Assembly: GCA_038896555.1 (NCBI GenBank)
Contig: JAWACZ010000006.1
Location: 34,538 to 58,537, forward strand
Reading direction: 5' to 3'
Length of the DNA stretch: 24,000 nucleotides
Source of the DNA: Candidatus Caldarchaeum sp.
GTDB lineage: Archaea > Thermoproteota > Nitrososphaeria_A > Caldarchaeales > Caldarchaeaceae
Positions 8,621 through 17,324 of the stretch are shown here, one piece after another (positions within the stretch are counted from its first letter, which is position 1; each line of letters opens with the position of its first letter). Under the pieces are notes generated by a model. The model had not been told where the DNA came from. It did no database searches and was given only the letters and a program-made list of their open reading frames with translations. A program made the position numbers and the translations under genes.

Positions 8621-9976
8621 TTGACGATACAAGATATCCTTGGAAGGACATACGGAAAGGCAGGTTTTCACCGCACTGTTGCGCTTTCCGTTTTCCTAAT
8701 TCTCTTCCTCCTCAGGCTTCAAGTTATAAACACGCCGTCCCCATCAACGGCCGTAGAGAACTGTATCGAGCCAACCGGCGGCAGCTTCCCAACAGAATGT
8801 GGCTTCGTTTTTGATGAAGCCCACTACATTCCCGCAGTACGAAAAATGCTGAGAGGCGAGGCAGTGAACAACGAGCATCCGCCGTTATCCAAGGCTTTGA
8901 TAGCTTTGTCAATGCTTGCTTTCGGAGACAACCCGCTGGGCTGGCGGTTCGCGCCAGCCGTTTTATCATCAGCCTCTGTTGCATTGACACCTTTGATAGC
9001 ACGGCATTTCACCGGAAGACGTGAACTTGCCTTGGCTGCAACGATTTTAACAGCCACAGATGTAATGTATTTCAACATAGGGTCTATAGCGATGCTCGAC
9101 GGTCCAGCGCTTTTCTTCCTACTTGCAGGAACATTGCTGTTTCTACAGAAGAGACATGTGACGGCTGCAATTTTTCTAGGTCTAGCGTTTCTGTCCAAAA
9201 CAGCCACATTATTCAGCGTTGCAGGACTTCTTGCCTACATCTTCATACAGTCTTATTCTAGGAAGAGAAGGCTTGTTGAAGCCGTTTATGAGTGGTCGCC
9301 TGTCTTTGAGAAAACAACGTTGATAGTCCTAGCTGTAGCCATTGGAGGATTAGCAGTCTACGACTATACCTTCAAAGCGTTCAACACGCCTTTCGCCCAC
9401 CTCGACTACATGCTATCCTATCACAGTCAGCTCAGGTATAGCTGTAAAGAGTTTGAGCTGCCGTTGAGATGCACGGTCGTTGAGGCTGACGGCCGAAGAA
9501 CAGTCGTTGACTTGCCGTTAAGCTGGATATCACCTATCTCACCGTTCGCCGCAGCACCATACCATATTGTAACAGTGACCGCGGGGGATAGGAGTTGGCA
9601 TCCGGTAGCCTACTGGGGAATATACAGCCCTGTCTGGTGGACCACCGCCCTTGTCGCAGCCTACGCCGCCTACTTTCTCATAGTCAGCCGAGGAAGCGAC
9701 AGCCTTCACACCTTCGTTCTAGCATGGATTGCTTTCAGCTACGGGCCGTATCTCTACCTCGCCCACGTTCTCAACCGTTATGTGTACACGTTCTACTTTC
9801 TCCCGACAGTGCCGGCGATAGCTTTAGGTTTACCGTCGGTTCTCGCCGGCGACAAGTTTTCCAAAGCCGTTCTCTACAGCGTTGTCTTCGTGCAGATAGC
9901 GTGGTTTTTTATATACTTCCCCGTCAAGTCAGACCCCCACATACAAATCCTAGAAACGCTGAACCTTCCCAGATGA
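8621..9976 (+). CDS. GT-C fold glycosyltransferase, family 39 (PMT/ArnT-like) integral membrane protein
   Basis: It has many predicted TM helices. The first-loop motif FDEAHYIPAVRKML...EHPPLSKALIA matches the DE-containing loop of dolichyl/undecaprenyl-phosphate-sugar-dependent PMT_2-type transferases. TTG start. Confidence 0.7.
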   Translation: MTIQDILGRTYGKAGFHRTVALSVFLILFLLRLQVINTPSPSTAVENCIEPTGGSFPTECGFVFDEAHYIPAVRKMLRGEAVNNEHPPLSKALIALSMLAFGDNPLGWRFAPAVLSSASVALTPLIARHFTGRRELALAATILTATDVMYFNIGSIAMLDGPALFFLLAGTLLFLQKRHVTAAIFLGLAFLSKTATLFSVAGLLAYIFIQSYSRKRRLVEAVYEWSPVFEKTTLIVLAVAIGGLAVYDYTFKAFNTPFAHLDYMLSYHSQLRYSCKEFELPLRCTVVEADGRRTVVDLPLSWISPISPFAAAPYHIVTVTAGDRSWHPVAYWGIYSPVWWTTALVAAYAAYFLIVSRGSDSLHTFVLAWIAFSYGPYLYLAHVLNRYVYTFYFLPTVPAIALGLPSVLAGDKFSKAVLYSVVFVQIAWFFIYFPVKSDPHIQILETLNLPR

Positions 9977-9977
9977 T

Positions 9978-10700
9978 ATGTTGACTTTAGAGGATGCGAG
10001 GAAAGCTTTGGCGAAGGGTTCGGTTATAATATTCGCCGGCCCATGTACTGTGGTTTACGAGGGACGTGCAACCTCCAAGCTCGGCGTGGGCGAGAGGCTT
10101 GTGCTTATCAAGAAAGACCGCAGCATCCTTGTTCACAGGCCTACAGGCCATGAGCCTGTCAACTGGCAGCCAGCTGGCTCGATGATAGATTTTCTCACAG
10201 AAAATGGATTGCCTGTTATAAGGGCAAGCAACGCCAACGAGTTGCTTAAGATATCTTTCACCGCCCAGCCTTCGCTGATGGTGTTCGACCTAAGGGACAC
10301 CGCAGAGTTTGAGATGTATGCATCGGAAGAGGATATGAAGAAAGCGGTGCTGGCAAAGCCAAGCCTCGTCGAACCCGGTTTCAAGCCGTTGGAGGAGGAG
10401 CGGCAGGTCAAACGTACAGGCCGAGTCGACATCCTCGGCCTGGATGCGTTGGGAAGGCTCGTGGTTGTAGAGCTTAAACGTAAGCCTGCAACCCCGGAAG
10501 ACGTCAGACAGCTAAGCGCTTATGTCGAGAGCTTAAATTCAGAGTTCGGCAGGAAGCCGAGAGCCATACTTGCGGCGCCGTCAACAACAAAGGCGGCGAG
10601 AAGGGAGATGGAGAAAACATCGGTTGAGTTTAGATGCTTGACGCCGAGAAGTTGCATGCAGGTGCTTAGGGAGGCTAAAGGGCTTGACAGCTATCTTTAG
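9978..10700 (+). CDS. nucS: Endonuclease NucS / EndoMS
   Basis: The N-terminal half-barrel domain (VIIFAGPCTVVYEGRATSKLGVGERLVLIKKDRSILVHRP...NWQP) and the C-terminal RecB-like nuclease core (GRVDILGLD...VVVELKRK) are both present. It ends in GLDSYL, a hydrophobic/aromatic tail of the kind used as a PCNA-binding peptide (this last point is inference). Confidence 0.88.
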   Translation: MLTLEDARKALAKGSVIIFAGPCTVVYEGRATSKLGVGERLVLIKKDRSILVHRPTGHEPVNWQPAGSMIDFLTENGLPVIRASNANELLKISFTAQPSLMVFDLRDTAEFEMYASEEDMKKAVLAKPSLVEPGFKPLEEERQVKRTGRVDILGLDALGRLVVVELKRKPATPEDVRQLSAYVESLNSEFGRKPRAILAAPSTTKAARREMEKTSVEFRCLTPRSCMQVLREAKGLDSYL

Positions 10701-11962
10701 AAGAGCGTCACCCCGCGCTCCAGCACGAGGTCTGTGACTCTTCTCACCTTGCTCACCTCATCCAAAACTATAGCTTCAATTTCTCTGACAAGGTTTCGGT
10801 CAAACTTGTCCATTGGTATGGCTTGGACGGAGACGGTGAGCGGCTGGTCTATAGGCCTGCCTATCTGGCTCAGCATCCTCACATAAACCTCCCTCAAGTT
10901 CTTCGTCTCCTCGTATATCCGTTTTGCAGCCAGCCCAGCAAGGACGTTGTATATTTTGCCCACGTGGGAGATCGGGTTCTTGCCCGCCGTAGCCTCAAGC
11001 GACATTTGTCTGTTAGGTGTGATGAGGCCGTTGGCCCTGTTGCCTCTGCCGGTGTTGCCGTCGTCGCCGTGCTCCGCAGACGTGCCAGTGTAGGTCAGAT
11101 AGTAAATTTCCTCGCTCACACCCTCCCCATACCTGTCAGCGGTGTTGACGAAGACCTGAACCTCGTTTTGAGGAGCGATCGTCACCGCCAAGTCTTCAAC
11201 CTCGGATTTTATGGCTTCTTTGACGGAGTGGTAGTGGCCTCTGTCCTTCGTCAACGTGCTGACTATGCCGTCTGCTATCGTCAAAGTGATCTTCCTGCCT
11301 TTTCTAAAACCCATAACCTTGACATCCTCTCCGCTCTCCTTCACCCTCGACTTGAAAGCGGGCGAGTTGAGACGCCGTTCAACGTTGTACACAAGGTTTT
11401 CGAGCGGAGTGAGCGGGTAGAACGCGACGCCGTAGGAGGTGTCGTTAGCAAGAGGCATGTCCTGACTGCTTTCTACAACCGCTTTAAGGTCTGGGCTGCT
11501 CTCCCTAACCCTAATCTCAAGCTGGATGTGGGAATCAAAATCTAAGAAACGGAAACTCCGTTTAATCATGTACCTGACCGCCTGCGTGATAATCTCTTTG
11601 TAAGGAACTGTAACAACGCCCGTGTGGGTTTTTACGCTGGTCGACGCGCGGCCGGCGATTATTATCGTAATCGGTTCCTCAAGCCTTCCGTAGCCAAACT
11701 TGTTGTAAGCCCTTCCTCCGACGAGTAGACCTTTGTCCACGTTGTGATGCAAAACCCTTCCAAACTCCTTTAGATAATATTTTGAAAGCATCACCGAAGC
11801 CTCCTCGCATGCGCTGTCTATGATGTAGTCTGGATGACCAAGCCCTTTCCTCTCCACAAGCTCTATCTCCTGCTCCTCAACGGGAGTTCTGTCTAACGGC
11901 TCTACGGTCACGTAAGATGCGGTCACACGCTCCTCACTGACGCATCGAGCCTTAAGCCGCAA
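10697..11962 (-). CDS. metK: Archaeal-type S-adenosylmethionine synthetase
   Basis: ELVERKGLGHPDYIIDSACE...HHNVDKGLLVGG and the remaining blocks are typical of archaeal MAT. The TTG start at 11962 is the longest option, and the true start could be a few codons downstream. A TATA-like TTAAAATT lies about 23 nt upstream. Confidence 0.9.
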   Translation of the reverse strand: MRLKARCVSEERVTASYVTVEPLDRTPVEEQEIELVERKGLGHPDYIIDSACEEASVMLSKYYLKEFGRVLHHNVDKGLLVGGRAYNKFGYGRLEEPITIIIAGRASTSVKTHTGVVTVPYKEIITQAVRYMIKRSFRFLDFDSHIQLEIRVRESSPDLKAVVESSQDMPLANDTSYGVAFYPLTPLENLVYNVERRLNSPAFKSRVKESGEDVKVMGFRKGRKITLTIADGIVSTLTKDRGHYHSVKEAIKSEVEDLAVTIAPQNEVQVFVNTADRYGEGVSEEIYYLTYTGTSAEHGDDGNTGRGNRANGLITPNRQMSLEATAGKNPISHVGKIYNVLAGLAAKRIYEETKNLREVYVRMLSQIGRPIDQPLTVSVQAIPMDKFDRNLVREIEAIVLDEVSKVRRVTDLVLERGVTLF

Positions 11963-12004
11963 TATTAACTTCTCAGAATTTTAACCTTCAGAACAGTGTT
12001 ATTT

Positions 12005-12229
12005 TCAGCCCAAAATCAAGTACATTATGTTGTTTCCCCTTATTAACACCTTTGGGTAGCCTGCTGTTTTGCTGTCGCCATGGTATTCGACGACGTGTTC
12101 GAGCAACAGGTTCATGTATCCATCGCATTCAACCATCAACCCCTCATACCTTATCTCGTTCTTGAGCAAGACTTTGACAGGCTTGTTCAGGTTTTTCATG
12201 ATTGTTGAAAGGGGTTTGACGGACTCCAA
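12005..12229 (-). CDS. Sm-like archaeal protein (SmAP/LSm)
   Basis: Sm1/Sm2 motifs are present (PVKVLLKNEIRYEGLMVECDGYMNLLLEHV...VLIRGNNIMYL). The N-terminal PLSTIMKNLNKPV aligns with the conserved PLDVL..SL..PV helix, which supports the TTG start at 12229 over the internal ATG at 12199. Confidence 0.88.
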   Translation of the reverse strand: MESVKPLSTIMKNLNKPVKVLLKNEIRYEGLMVECDGYMNLLLEHVVEYHGDSKTAGYPKVLIRGNNIMYLILG

Positions 12230-12269
12230 GATTCAGCACCTTGTCATGGCGGGAGCCCGAGACATAATT

Positions 12270-12947
12270 TTAGGTTGTAGGGCTGGCCAGCCTCAACTCG
12301 CTGAAACAAACGGTGCACACTATGTTTTCACCTACTTTCATCGATTCGTCTACCGGTGCGCCGCATACCGGGCATTGTATGGCCTTGGGGTCTGGTTTGT
12401 ACAGCTCTGCGCCACATTGGCTGCACATTTTTGCACCTAAAACGTTGAGCGCACCACAGGTTTTGCAAACCTCGTCGACGCCACGCGTCACAACCACAAC
12501 CCTGTCGGCGGCCGGCTTGGTTTGAACCGGCTGCTCCATCGAACGAGGCTTCTGTCCGGGCCGGGATTCTGGGTAGGTTACGGTCCTGACCTCGATTGCG
12601 GGATTTTCCTCAGAAAGCATCGACTCAAGCTCTTTCTCAATCATGTTCATTTCATTCTGGTTTCTCATGCTTTGTCTCAAGGGACGTCTGACCGGGGTTA
12701 TGGGCGGAGGTCTGTACTCGGGAATCGCCCGCATGCCCTTGACGAAGATCAGAAGCCCGGCCGCGGTTACCGCCGCGCCTGCGGCTGTCACAACCAACCC
12801 CGTGGGGAGGCCAGGCGCCAATGGGTTGTCGTAAAACCGTTGAATCGGCGAGTCATAGCCTCCCGTCAGAAACAAAGCCACTATGGGCAAGAGGACGAAA
12901 ACGACGCCCAGAACACCTAAGGCGATGCCGATCTTCGGGTTGACCAT
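12270..12947 (-). CDS. Membrane-anchored double zinc-ribbon protein (function unknown)
   Basis: It has two N-terminal TM helices (IGIALGVLGVVFVLLPIVALFL; LVVTAAGAAVTAAGLLIFV), a Pro/charge-rich linker and a C-terminal region with four CxxC pairs (CKTCG...CSQCG; CPVCG...CTVCF). The ATG lies 13 nt after the ileS stop. Confidence 0.7.
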   Translation of the reverse strand: MVNPKIGIALGVLGVVFVLLPIVALFLTGGYDSPIQRFYDNPLAPGLPTGLVVTAAGAAVTAAGLLIFVKGMRAIPEYRPPPITPVRRPLRQSMRNQNEMNMIEKELESMLSEENPAIEVRTVTYPESRPGQKPRSMEQPVQTKPAADRVVVVTRGVDEVCKTCGALNVLGAKMCSQCGAELYKPDPKAIQCPVCGAPVDESMKVGENIVCTVCFSELRLASPTT

Positions 12948-12960
12948 TTTCGTAAACAGC

Positions 12961-15900
12961 TCATCCCCCTTGGTTATAAGTGTTATTGACGATTGTTTTG
13001 AAGCCTATTCTCACGTTTACACCTTCGACATCCCACTCCCTTGAGAAATAGCCCGGAGGCATAGGTGTCTTGGTGTTGGAAACCGTTATGACAGACCTTG
13101 TCTCTTCCTCGATGAAAGTCTTTTTCAGGCTTATGTGACGGAGAAATTCTTCGTCATCGACTTGGATGACGCATTCTATCCTGTCCAAAATGTTCAGGTC
13201 AGCTTCCTTCCTCATGACTTGGACACGTCTTATGATTTCCCTAGCGGTTGCGACAGCCCCAAGCTCATCGGTCAACGTAAGGTCTACGTAGACCTCCGCA
13301 TTAGCGTCCTCAGCCATGGAATAATTTTCAGGCACCTTCTTTTTTGACGTGAAGTATGATGCGGGTAGGAAGACTTCGCCGTCTGACAGCTTTACCGTCA
13401 GGCCTCCGGCTTCCTTCAGCTGCTGTATCAGAAGCTTGCCGTCGGTGACTCTTAGATACTCAAGTAGCTCTGGAAGCTTTCTGCCTAGCTTTGGCCCCGC
13501 TTGAGACAGGTTAGCTTCAACAACCCAACCGACCTCATCAAATTCAACGCCGGCAGGCAGCAGTTCAACCCTCTGGCAGTTTGCCGCTTCTCTAAGAAAG
13601 CTTTCAAACTCCCTGACGGCCTGGTAGGTTTTCTCGTTTTTCGACACAACTACAACACGGGAGACTGGCGAGCGGAGTTTCCTCCCACCTCTTTGACGGG
13701 CAGCAAGGACCGCGGCCAAAACATCCTTGACGACATCCATCTGCTCAAGCAGCCTTCTGTCGAGAAGCTTCTCATCTACCTCAGGCCATCTCTCCAGATG
13801 TATGCTTTCTCTGTCACCGTCTACTTTGATAAGCTCGTACAAAGCCTCTGATATGAAGGGTGCGAACGGTGCCAGGGCTTGGAGTGTTTTACGCAGTACA
13901 TAGTAGAGGCATGCGTAGGCAGCCATCTTCTCGCGTGTTTGAGCCTCGGTCCACGCCAGCCGTCTAACTGAACGCAGGTACGTCCTGCTTAAGTCATCAG
14001 TTACAAATGACAGAATTTCACGAACGGCTTTATGGATTTCCATCTCATCGAGGCTTGAAGAGATCTTCGCAACCATGTCGTTTACCCTTGCCAAGATCCA
14101 TCTGTCCTCGGGTCTCAGAACATCGAGGTAGTTTTCCAAACGATGGGTTTTGGCGTCGAACTGGTCAAGCTTTGAGTAGGTCGATGCGAAGACAAACACG
14201 TTCCATAGTATGTTAAGGCTTTCAGCGGTTTGGAAGACCTCAGACGGGACGAAGTTTATGGTGCTCCACACCTCGGCCTTACTGGCGAGATAGATGCGTA
14301 GAGGGTCGACGCCGAATCTTTCAAACGCCTCCTCAGCCCACACAACGTTCCCCCGAGATTTTGACATTTTCTTGCCGAACTCGTCCAGAACATGCCCTTG
14401 GTTTAGGACGGATTTGTAGGGGGGAATTCCCTCGAGCAAGGTTGATGTGAAGAGAAGGGTGTAGAACCATCCCCTCGTCTGGTCGATTGCTTCGGTTATA
14501 AAATCGTAGGGATAGAGCTTTCTGTAGAGCTGGGGATTTTTCAACGCGTTTACGCTGGCGAAGAACGCTACACCGGAGTCCAGCCAGGTGTCGAGAACAA
14601 AGGAGACGCGTCTCATCATTCCCCCGCATTCAGAACATCTGAACACGTACATGTCTATCCATGGCCTGTGCAACTTTTTGATGGCTGGCTTTTCGACGGC
14701 GTCCTCAAGCTCTTTCATAGAGCCTACGACCTTCTTACCGCCGCAGCTCTCGCACTTCCAAACGTTCAAAGGCGTCCCCCATATCTTGCTCCGTGATATG
14801 CACCAGTCCTGAGCGTTGGCAAGCCAGTCTCCGAAACGGTTTGTTCCAGCCCATTCAGGCCACCATTTAACCCCCCTGTTCCCCGCTATCATTTTTTCCT
14901 TTATCTTCTCAACTTTTAAGAACCATTGGACGCTCGAAAGGTATATCAGCTTTGTGCCGCATCTCCAGCAGTGCGGATAGCTGTGGAGGATTTCGCCTCG
15001 TTTTACGAGCAGGCGTTTACGCTGCAGATCTTGAATTATTCGCTCCGAGGCTTCCTCGACTTTAAGACCTGCGTATACGCCGCCGTCCGAGGTGAAAACA
15101 CCTGTGGTTGAGACAGGGCAGAATATGGTAAGCTGGTGCCTGACTCCTATGTCGAAGTCTTCGGGCCCATGGGCTGGGGCGATGTGGACGAAGCCGCTCC
15201 CCTCCACAAGGGTTACATGCTCCGACGAGACGATGCCGTGGCTGTGTTGCCTGTGAACTGGAACCTCGTCAGCCAGCGGATGAATGTATCTTTTCCCCTC
15301 GAGGCTTTTGCCAGCGACCGTCCTCCTTAGCTTGAAAGAAGTAATGCCCGTGTCCGCTGCAAACCTGTCCAAGAGTTTTTCGGCGACGTACCATGTTTCT
15401 CCTTCAACCTCAAGTTCGGCGTAGGATGCTTCCGGAGCTACTGCGACGGCTTCGTTTCCAGGCAGCGTCCACGGAGTTGTAGTCCATATTATAACGTATC
15501 CGCCTTCAACCAGAGGGATTTTGACGTAGACCGACGGGTCTGTGACCTCTTCGTATCCTTGTGCAAGCTCGTGTTGAGACAACGCTGTCTCGCAGTGCGG
15601 GCATACCGGTACAACTCTTAGGCTTTCGACAAGGTTGCCGTCCTCATATGCTTTCTTGAGAAGATGCCAAACGTGCTCCATGTATTCGTCCCTGCGGGTC
15701 TCGTATGCGTTGTCGTAGTCGAGCCAGAGGCCAAGCCTTTCGCTCGCCTTCCTCCAATACGATAGATAATGGTCGACGACTTCGTTGGCTTCCTCGACGA
15801 ACTTTTCCAGCCCTATCTTCTCGATATCCCTTTTGCTTGTTATGCCAAGCCTTTTCTCAACCTCAATCTCTGTTGGAAGGCCTTGGCAGTCCCATCCAGC

Positions 15901-16164
15901 TCTTCTCCATACATCGTGTCCCTTCATCGTCTTATAACGGAGAACGATGTCTTTGTAGACTCTACCGCGTGTGTGTCCCACGTGCATGTAGCCGTTGACG
16001 GTCGGTGGACCTTCCAAAAAAGAGAAAAGAGGTCCTCCCCTGTTAGCTTCCATCGCTTTCCGCGGTATTTCAAGACTCTGCCATTTCTTCAAGACCGCTT
16101 GCTCAACAGCTTTTGGATCGTACCGCTTCAGGCCGGCCAGCTCCTTCATCGCCCTAAAAACCAT
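12961..16164 (-). CDS. ileS: Isoleucyl-tRNA synthetase
   Basis: 1067 aa. It has a HIGH motif as PPTVNGYMHVGHTRG, the KMSKS motif (GKKMSKSRGN), a CP1 editing insertion and zinc-binding CxxC pairs (CPHCE, CWRCG, CESCG, CSECG). ATG start at 16164. Confidence 0.95.
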   Translation of the reverse strand: MVFRAMKELAGLKRYDPKAVEQAVLKKWQSLEIPRKAMEANRGGPLFSFLEGPPTVNGYMHVGHTRGRVYKDIVLRYKTMKGHDVWRRAGWDCQGLPTEIEVEKRLGITSKRDIEKIGLEKFVEEANEVVDHYLSYWRKASERLGLWLDYDNAYETRRDEYMEHVWHLLKKAYEDGNLVESLRVVPVCPHCETALSQHELAQGYEEVTDPSVYVKIPLVEGGYVIIWTTTPWTLPGNEAVAVAPEASYAELEVEGETWYVAEKLLDRFAADTGITSFKLRRTVAGKSLEGKRYIHPLADEVPVHRQHSHGIVSSEHVTLVEGSGFVHIAPAHGPEDFDIGVRHQLTIFCPVSTTGVFTSDGGVYAGLKVEEASERIIQDLQRKRLLVKRGEILHSYPHCWRCGTKLIYLSSVQWFLKVEKIKEKMIAGNRGVKWWPEWAGTNRFGDWLANAQDWCISRSKIWGTPLNVWKCESCGGKKVVGSMKELEDAVEKPAIKKLHRPWIDMYVFRCSECGGMMRRVSFVLDTWLDSGVAFFASVNALKNPQLYRKLYPYDFITEAIDQTRGWFYTLLFTSTLLEGIPPYKSVLNQGHVLDEFGKKMSKSRGNVVWAEEAFERFGVDPLRIYLASKAEVWSTINFVPSEVFQTAESLNILWNVFVFASTYSKLDQFDAKTHRLENYLDVLRPEDRWILARVNDMVAKISSSLDEMEIHKAVREILSFVTDDLSRTYLRSVRRLAWTEAQTREKMAAYACLYYVLRKTLQALAPFAPFISEALYELIKVDGDRESIHLERWPEVDEKLLDRRLLEQMDVVKDVLAAVLAARQRGGRKLRSPVSRVVVVSKNEKTYQAVREFESFLREAANCQRVELLPAGVEFDEVGWVVEANLSQAGPKLGRKLPELLEYLRVTDGKLLIQQLKEAGGLTVKLSDGEVFLPASYFTSKKKVPENYSMAEDANAEVYVDLTLTDELGAVATAREIIRRVQVMRKEADLNILDRIECVIQVDDEEFLRHISLKKTFIEEETRSVITVSNTKTPMPPGYFSREWDVEGVNVRIGFKTIVNNTYNQGG

Positions 16165-16179
16165 CTGTAGGTTTTGCGG

Positions 16180-16219
16180 TCTTTAAAGGTTAACACAAGC
16201 TTTTCAAAATGTATATAGC
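16180..16219. promoter_or_regulatory. Divergent promoter region (ileS / Mo-domain gene)
   Basis: TCTTTAAAGGTTAAC (16180-16194) lies about 22-28 nt from the ileS ATG on the minus strand. AAAATGTATATAGC (16206-16219) is centred about 30 nt from ATG 16244 on the plus strand. Confidence 0.45.
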
Positions 16220-16243
16220 TGTCGGCTGGGTGCAGTGAATGTC

Positions 16244-16735
16244 ATGAGCCGTGTCTTGGATGAGCTGCCTGTTTTTCCATCTCGAGCCCAGCCAGTTCAG
16301 GAAGGACGGTTGAGGGTTTGCGGGCTTGTCGCTCGTAGGCTTGAGCTTTCTCTGTCGGATGTTTTGAAGCTTCCGCCGGCGGTCACCACATTTGATTTCA
16401 GGTGTCTGGAGGGGTGGGTTATGCCTCAAACCGAGTGGCAGGGCGTCAAAGTAGGCACTTTGCTGAAGATGGCGGAGCCCTATCCCAATGCACGATACGC
16501 AGTCTTCAAGTCGGACGATTACATGGAATGCTTTCCTTTATCGGATACGGATAACATGCTAATCGCTTACATGCATCGTGGAAAGCCGCTGGCGCACGAG
16601 CATGGAGGCCCTTTCAGACTTGTGTTCCCAAACCAAGCCTGCTACCAGAGTATCAAATGGCTTTCTGAAATCGAGCTGACGAGTGATTATGTTGAGGGAA
16701 CTGCGAAGAAGATAGCTTTGGCGAGGATTAGATAA
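16244..16735 (+). CDS. Minimal molybdopterin-binding oxidoreductase domain, MsrP/YedY-like (SUOX fold), no signal peptide
   Basis: It aligns by eye with the E. coli MsrP core: FDFRCLEGWVMPQTEWQGVKVGTLLKMAEPYPNARYAVFKS versus [40 protein letters not shown] (the Mo-ligand Cys is conserved), and GGPFRLVFPNQACYQSIKWLSEIELT versus [27 protein letters not shown]. I chose ATG 16244 over GTG 16235 on TATA spacing. Confidence 0.8.
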   Translation: MSRVLDELPVFPSRAQPVQEGRLRVCGLVARRLELSLSDVLKLPPAVTTFDFRCLEGWVMPQTEWQGVKVGTLLKMAEPYPNARYAVFKSDDYMECFPLSDTDNMLIAYMHRGKPLAHEHGGPFRLVFPNQACYQSIKWLSEIELTSDYVEGTAKKIALARIR

Positions 16736-17324
16736 GCTTCTCCAGCTCCTTCGCCATCTCCTCCCCAGGCATCTCCGGCGTGAAGATTTTACGAAGGATT
16801 AAGTTTTTGTCTGCTACGTATATTAGGGCCGAGTGAGAAACGTAGTTTCCGCTGCCTATTTTCTCAACCGGCCTTACATGGTATTTTTCCCAGACCTTAG
16901 CAAGATCTTCCAGGCTTCCCGTCAACGCGGTTATATGTGGGCTGAATGAAGACACGTAGGCCTCCAGAGCGTTGGGAGTATCTCTGTAAGGGTCTGTCGT
17001 TATGAACACCATGGCCACGTTGTCGACCTTGTTTCCTAAGAGCCTTTCAAGTTCTGCGTATTTTTTCAGAACCATTGGACATAGGTCTGGGCAGTTGACG
17101 TAGCCGAAGAACAGCAGAACAACTTTCCCCCTCATCGACTGCAGGCTGACCAACTCTCCGCGAGTGTTTCTGAGGATGAAAGATGGTAGAGGTTGACCGC
17201 TGACCAGCAATTCTGTCTCCGCAGGTTTGCCGATGCTATCACCTTTGTAATTTGTGGCTAAAAAATAAGTCGCAACTATAATTATTGTCGTCAGCTGCGC
17301 TGCCAGCAGTTTTTTATTTTTCAT
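16728..17324 (-). CDS. SCO1/SenC-family copper chaperone (thioredoxin fold, membrane anchored)
   Basis: It has an N-terminal TM anchor (LLAAQLTTIIIVATYFLA), a CxxxC copper motif (YVNCPDLCP) and a downstream His (YVSHSALIYV). Its ATG at 17324 overlaps the nirK-like stop by 11 nt. Confidence 0.88.
   Translation of the reverse strand: MKNKKLLAAQLTTIIIVATYFLATNYKGDSIGKPAETELLVSGQPLPSFILRNTRGELVSLQSMRGKVVLLFFGYVNCPDLCPMVLKKYAELERLLGNKVDNVAMVFITTDPYRDTPNALEAYVSSFSPHITALTGSLEDLAKVWEKYHVRPVEKIGSGNYVSHSALIYVADKNLILRKIFTPEMPGEEMAKELEKLI

Noticed and set aside
9595-9984. 129-aa ORF in an alternative + frame
   Set aside because: It overlaps the 3' third of the GT39-like gene on the same strand. Its Arg/Ser/Pro-rich translation is typical of an off-frame reading of a membrane-protein gene.
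10823-11545. 240-aa ORF on the + strand
   Set aside because: It lies entirely antisense to the confidently recognised archaeal SAM synthetase gene. The translation is Arg/Val/Leu-rich with no recognisable motif, which is typical of a shadow ORF in a mid-GC genome.
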